Origin: Fidelibacterota bacterium
Lineage (GTDB): Bacteria > Fidelibacterota > UBA2242
Direction: 5' to 3'
Assembly (NCBI GenBank): GCA_003645845.1
Contig: QNCV01000001.1
Span: 1 to 28,975 of the forward strand
Length of the DNA: 28,975 nucleotides
The position numbers were made by a program, and so were the translations under genes. Within the stretch, counting starts at the first letter, position 1, and each line of letters begins with the position of its first letter. The notes below the pieces were generated by a model, which worked only from the letters and a program-made list of their open reading frames with translations, was not told the origin of the DNA and did not search any database. Positions 25,400-28,975 of the stretch are shown one piece after another.

Positions 25400-26326
25400 A
25401 TGAAAACATCCCGATCCACACTTTCTTTCCGAATTGAATATTTTTGTTTACGGGGACTGACCGACCTCTTGCCCCGACTAAGCCATTCAGCCCGGCGGCG
25501 GCTGGCGGGAGTCATCGGAACTTTCTGGTACCGTATCTTGCTCTATCGGCGGAAAACGGTTCGCCGCAATCTGATGAATGCTTTCCCTGAGCAATCACCC
25601 GCTTGGCACAAACAGATTCAGCGGCGCTGCTTTCAGACCATTGCCCGGATATATCTCGATATTTTTGCCGGGTTTCAACTGGATAATAAAAGTTTTCAGC
25701 AGATGTTCAACCCCATTGATCTGGCACCGCTCGAAACTGCTTTGAAGGAGGGTAAAGGGGTCTTGATTCTGAGTTTTCATTTTGGCAATTGGGAACTGGC
25801 GGCCGACTGGCTGGTCCGGCAGGGTTATACACTGGCAGCGATTGCCGCCCGACTCGCCAATCCCCTGGCTGACAGGCTGATTACTGCGATCCGAACGCGC
25901 AACGGATTGCAGATTTTGCCAAAAGGTCGGCGACATACGGTTAGAACATTTCGCTTTCTTAGAAATAATCACCTGCTCTATATGATATCCGACCAGAATG
26001 CCGGCCGGAAGGGCGTCTGGGTGCGATTCTTCGGGCAGTGGGCGTCCAGCTTTCGGGGACCGGCCCTGTTTGCTTTACGAAAAAAATGCCCGGTCATACT
26101 TACCACCTGTCTGATGGACAGGAACGGCCGCTATACCATCAAATTCGATAAATTATCAACAGATACTCCGAATAGTATGAATGAAGATCAAAAAATTCAA
26201 CATCTGGTTCAGTCCTATACGTCATATTTTGAGAAACTGATTCGTGAAAACCCGGAACAATATTACTGGGTACACCGACGCTGGAAAACGAAAGCGCCTG
26301 AGTATTTGAAGAAATCCGGAGATTAG
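25400..26326 (+). CDS. Lipid A biosynthesis acyltransferase (LpxL/HtrB family)
   Basis: RRNLMNAFP, HFGNWELA, MISDQNAG, VRFFG, PEQYYWVHRRWK. Confidence 0.9.
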   Translation: MKTSRSTLSFRIEYFCLRGLTDLLPRLSHSARRRLAGVIGTFWYRILLYRRKTVRRNLMNAFPEQSPAWHKQIQRRCFQTIARIYLDIFAGFQLDNKSFQQMFNPIDLAPLETALKEGKGVLILSFHFGNWELAADWLVRQGYTLAAIAARLANPLADRLITAIRTRNGLQILPKGRRHTVRTFRFLRNNHLLYMISDQNAGRKGVWVRFFGQWASSFRGPALFALRKKCPVILTTCLMDRNGRYTIKFDKLSTDTPNSMNEDQKIQHLVQSYTSYFEKLIRENPEQYYWVHRRWKTKAPEYLKKSGD

Positions 26327-26327
26327 C

Positions 26328-26984
26328 ATGATGCCAAAGATTGTCAGTCTGAAGCAATGGACTTCCGCCGATCAGCAGGCTGTCTGTGATAGTTTGGCAA
26401 AGGGTCAGGTAATTGCTTATCCCACCGATACGATTTACGGTCTGGGCGTCGATGTTTTTCATGATGAAGCGGTGACAAAACTCCTGAATTTGAAAGGGCG
26501 GGACAGAAATAAGCCGGTCAGCATTCTCTATGCAAGTGTTGAAAAACTTCAGCGGGATTTTGACGATTTGTCTGATTTTCAAAGAGCGGCCGTCAGAACG
26601 CTTCTGCCGGGGAAAGTGACTCTGCTGCTGCCTCTCGCGGACCAAAACCGATTTCCCCATGTATTTTCCGTCAACGGTTTTATTGGTGTCCGGGTTGTGG
26701 ATTTACCGGAACTGAACCGGCTTTTATCCGTCTATCCTCATCCTATTTCAACCACCAGCGCCAATCCGGCCGGAGCCGAACCGGCCCGGTCAGCGGCGGA
26801 AATCCGTGACTATTTTCCCGATGGAATCAGCGCTATTATCGATAACGGAATAAATTCCCAAACCCTGGGATCTGTAATTATCAGACTAAACCGGAGCGAT
26901 TGGGAAATTGTACGGGAAGGCGCAATCCCGACGGGCCGGATTGATGAATTGTTAAAGCAATGCCAACGAGATTTATATGAATGA
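26328..26984 (+). CDS. tsaC: L-threonylcarbamoyladenylate synthase (TsaC/YrdC/Sua5)
   Basis: AYPTDTIYGLG, LKGRDRNKP, LLPGKVTL, STTSAN, REGAI. Confidence 0.92.
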   Translation: MMPKIVSLKQWTSADQQAVCDSLAKGQVIAYPTDTIYGLGVDVFHDEAVTKLLNLKGRDRNKPVSILYASVEKLQRDFDDLSDFQRAAVRTLLPGKVTLLLPLADQNRFPHVFSVNGFIGVRVVDLPELNRLLSVYPHPISTTSANPAGAEPARSAAEIRDYFPDGISAIIDNGINSQTLGSVIIRLNRSDWEIVREGAIPTGRIDELLKQCQRDLYE

Positions 26985-28392
26985 ATCAATATCAAACCAA
27001 TTTCAATATTTACCGTCGGTGCAACAGATTATTGAAACCCTGAGTGATCATCCGGTGAAGCCGGCTGTCATGACCGAAATAGTACGTCAGGAACTGGAAA
27101 TCCTGCGCCGCGAAATCGCCGACGGGAAGCAGAGTGTCGCTTCAAAAGATGATGCCCTGGCGCTCATCCGCCCCAGGCTAAATTCAAGGATCAGGATGCT
27201 GCTCGAGACGCCGTTGAAACGCGTGGTCAACGCCACGGGCATTGTCCTGCACACCGGCTTTGGGCGGGCTCCGCTGGGTGAACACGCCCTGCAATATCTG
27301 CTGAATATGACTTCCGGCTATCTGAATCTGGAATTTGATCTGAATAGCGGTAAAAGGGGTGAACGTCTCGATTTGACCGATGAATATTTGTGCCTGCTGA
27401 CCGGCTCGGAATCGTCCGCCGTCGTGAATAACAATGCCGCGGCCGTTATGCTGGTTCTGAACAGTCTGGCGAACCGCAAGGAGGTAATTGTATCAAGAGG
27501 CGAATTGATTGAAATCGGGGGCTCCTTTCGTTTGCCCGATGTGATGAAAAAGAGCGGCGCCAAAATGGTTGAAGTTGGAACCACCAACCGTACCCATCTC
27601 AAGGATTATGAAAATGCCATGACTTCCCGCACCGGGGCTGTTCTGATTGCCCATACGTCCAATTACCGGGTCATGGGATTTACACAAAAACCGGCCGAGA
27701 CAGATATTATTGATTTGGCTCACAGTCGGGGAATTCCTGTTATTATGGACCTGGGCAGCGGGGCGTTATTGTCGCCGGAATCCCTGGGGCTTCCCAGGGA
27801 ACCGGTAGTGTCAGAAGCGGTGTCACGGGGCTTTGATGTCGTGACATTCAGCGGTGATAAACTGCCGGGCGCCGGCCAGGCCGGACTGATTGTCGGCCGG
27901 AAGGAATTCATCCGTAAAATCCGGAAAAATCCGCTGATGCGTGTTTTGCGCTGTGACAAAATTACCCTGAGCCTGTTGGCGTTTACCCTGAGTAAATATA
28001 TTACGAATAGTGAAATGCCGGATCTGCCGACCTTTCATTTTCTGACGGCGGATCGGAAACAACTGCGTTCAAAGGCCGGAGAAATTATTGATAAATTGGA
28101 GCAGAAGACCGGGAAATCACTCAATGTTGAAATCCGTGATACCGAGACAGAAGCCGGCAGCGGTTCCATGCCGACGGAAAGGATTCCCAGTGTTGCGCTT
28201 CGGGTTTCGGCAGCCGGTGTCTCGGAGGAAAGGCTGGCCCGCCTGTTTCGGCAGCAGGACCCGCCGGTGATCGGCTATCTGAAAGACCGGCAATTCTACC
28301 TGGATTTGAAAGCGGTCTCAGATAAGGAAATACCTTTTGTCGTCAATGCGTTAAACCGGGTTGCCAAAGATGTTCAAACCGGGCAAAAGTAA
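26977..28392 (+). CDS. selA: L-seryl-tRNA(Sec) selenium transferase
   Basis: VVNATGIVLHTGFGRAP, NLEFDLNSGKRGER, VNNNAAAV, SRGELIEIGGSFR, EVGTTNRTH, DLGSG, FSGDKL (PLP Lys). Confidence 0.96.
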   Translation: MNESISNQFQYLPSVQQIIETLSDHPVKPAVMTEIVRQELEILRREIADGKQSVASKDDALALIRPRLNSRIRMLLETPLKRVVNATGIVLHTGFGRAPLGEHALQYLLNMTSGYLNLEFDLNSGKRGERLDLTDEYLCLLTGSESSAVVNNNAAAVMLVLNSLANRKEVIVSRGELIEIGGSFRLPDVMKKSGAKMVEVGTTNRTHLKDYENAMTSRTGAVLIAHTSNYRVMGFTQKPAETDIIDLAHSRGIPVIMDLGSGALLSPESLGLPREPVVSEAVSRGFDVVTFSGDKLPGAGQAGLIVGRKEFIRKIRKNPLMRVLRCDKITLSLLAFTLSKYITNSEMPDLPTFHFLTADRKQLRSKAGEIIDKLEQKTGKSLNVEIRDTETEAGSGSMPTERIPSVALRVSAAGVSEERLARLFRQQDPPVIGYLKDRQFYLDLKAVSDKEIPFVVNALNRVAKDVQTGQK

Positions 28393-28401
28393 GGCAAATC
28401 C

Positions 28402-28975
28402 ATGCGCCCTGTAATTATCGGGACTGCCGGACATATCGATCACGGTAAATCCAGCCTGATCCGGGCCCTGACCGGCACCGATCCCGATCGGCTTGCCGAA
28501 GAAAAAGAGCGGGGCATGACGATTGATATCGGCTTTGCCTTTTTGAATCAGGACATTGCCTTTATCGATGTTCCGGGTCATGAAAGATTCATCAAAAATA
28601 TGGTGACCGGCGCCAGTACCATTGATACCGCCCTCCTGGTGGTCGCCGCCGATGACGGGATTATGCCTCAGACCCGGGAACATTTTGATATATTGAAACT
28701 GCTGGATGTCAGACACGGCCTGATTGTCATTACGAAAATTGATCTGGCCGAGGCCGACTGGGTCGACCTGGTTGAGGAGGATATCCGGGAAATGGTTCGG
28801 GGGAGTTTCCTGGATAAAGCGGCAATTTTCAGAGTTTCGGCAGCCAATGGCCGGGGCGTGGAAGCATTGAAGAAATATCTGCTGGCATTGCCCCGGGAGA
28901 ATCGTCGGGATGCTGTATCAACGGCATTTTTCCGACTGCCTGTTGATCGTGTATTTAGTGTAAAAGGGTACGGTA
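28402..28975 (+). CDS. selB: Selenocysteine-specific elongation factor SelB, 3'-truncated by window edge (not in the ORF track)
   Basis: Manual translation from ATG 28402: MRPVIIGTAGHIDHGKSSLIRALTG...EEKERGMTIDIGFA...IDVPGHERFIKNM...TKID...FRLPVDRVFSVKGYG. Directly downstream of selA. Confidence 0.95.
   Translation, partial: MRPVIIGTAGHIDHGKSSLIRALTGTDPDRLAEEKERGMTIDIGFAFLNQDIAFIDVPGHERFIKNMVTGASTIDTALLVVAADDGIMPQTREHFDILKLLDVRHGLIVITKIDLAEADWVDLVEEDIREMVRGSFLDKAAIFRVSAANGRGVEALKKYLLALPRENRRDAVSTAFFRLPVDRVFSVKGYG

Noticed and set aside
22718-25515. Long antisense ORFs (22718-23611, 24568-25515; similarly 1057-1881 and others)
   Set aside because: They are shadows of well-supported genes on the opposite strand, with no recognisable motifs or ribosome-binding sites.
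1965-26984. Hidden selenoproteins among other TGA-ending ORFs (ends at 4124, 16528, 17277, 26984)
   Set aside because: Each TGA falls at a natural domain end or overlaps the next gene. None sits in a redox motif.
1-28975. tRNA, rRNA, CRISPR arrays, IS elements, integrases, prophage genes
   Set aside because: No T-loop or cloverleaf signatures, spaced repeats, transposase or phage motifs were seen. Intergenic gaps are at most about 220 nt.

Overview
Gene-dense chromosomal window from a Gram-negative (diderm) bacterium: lipoproteins, an outer-membrane barrel and a lipid A-type acyltransferase are present. The lineage cannot be fixed from sequence alone. Housekeeping genes flank the window: hslU (5'-truncated) and argF on the left; ispG, LpxL-like acyltransferase, tsaC, selA and selB (3'-truncated, absent from the ORF track) on the right. 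The standout is an 8-gene operon (14754-22568) between a TTGACA promoter and a 10-bp GC hairpin terminator. It encodes a lipoprotein, two CpoB/YbgF-like TPR proteins, an outer-membrane barrel-coiled-coil-TPR fusion, a flagellar-type MotA/MotB stator, a remodelled FliF-like ring protein and FliG. No other flagellar, export or chemotaxis gene is in the window. The stator-rotor torque residues are conserved, while FliF lacks the export-gate-holding domains and FliG's FliM-binding motif is degenerate. This suggests an ion-driven trans-envelope rotary machine that is not a flagellum. Secondary observations: a GH63-like lipoprotein and an amidohydrolase with substituted catalytic residues, a bacterial eRF1-like protein, a divergent LspA, and a five-PAS sensor with no enzymatic output. 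No RNA genes, CRISPR arrays or mobile elements were found. All family assignments come from motif recognition by eye; no searches were run.
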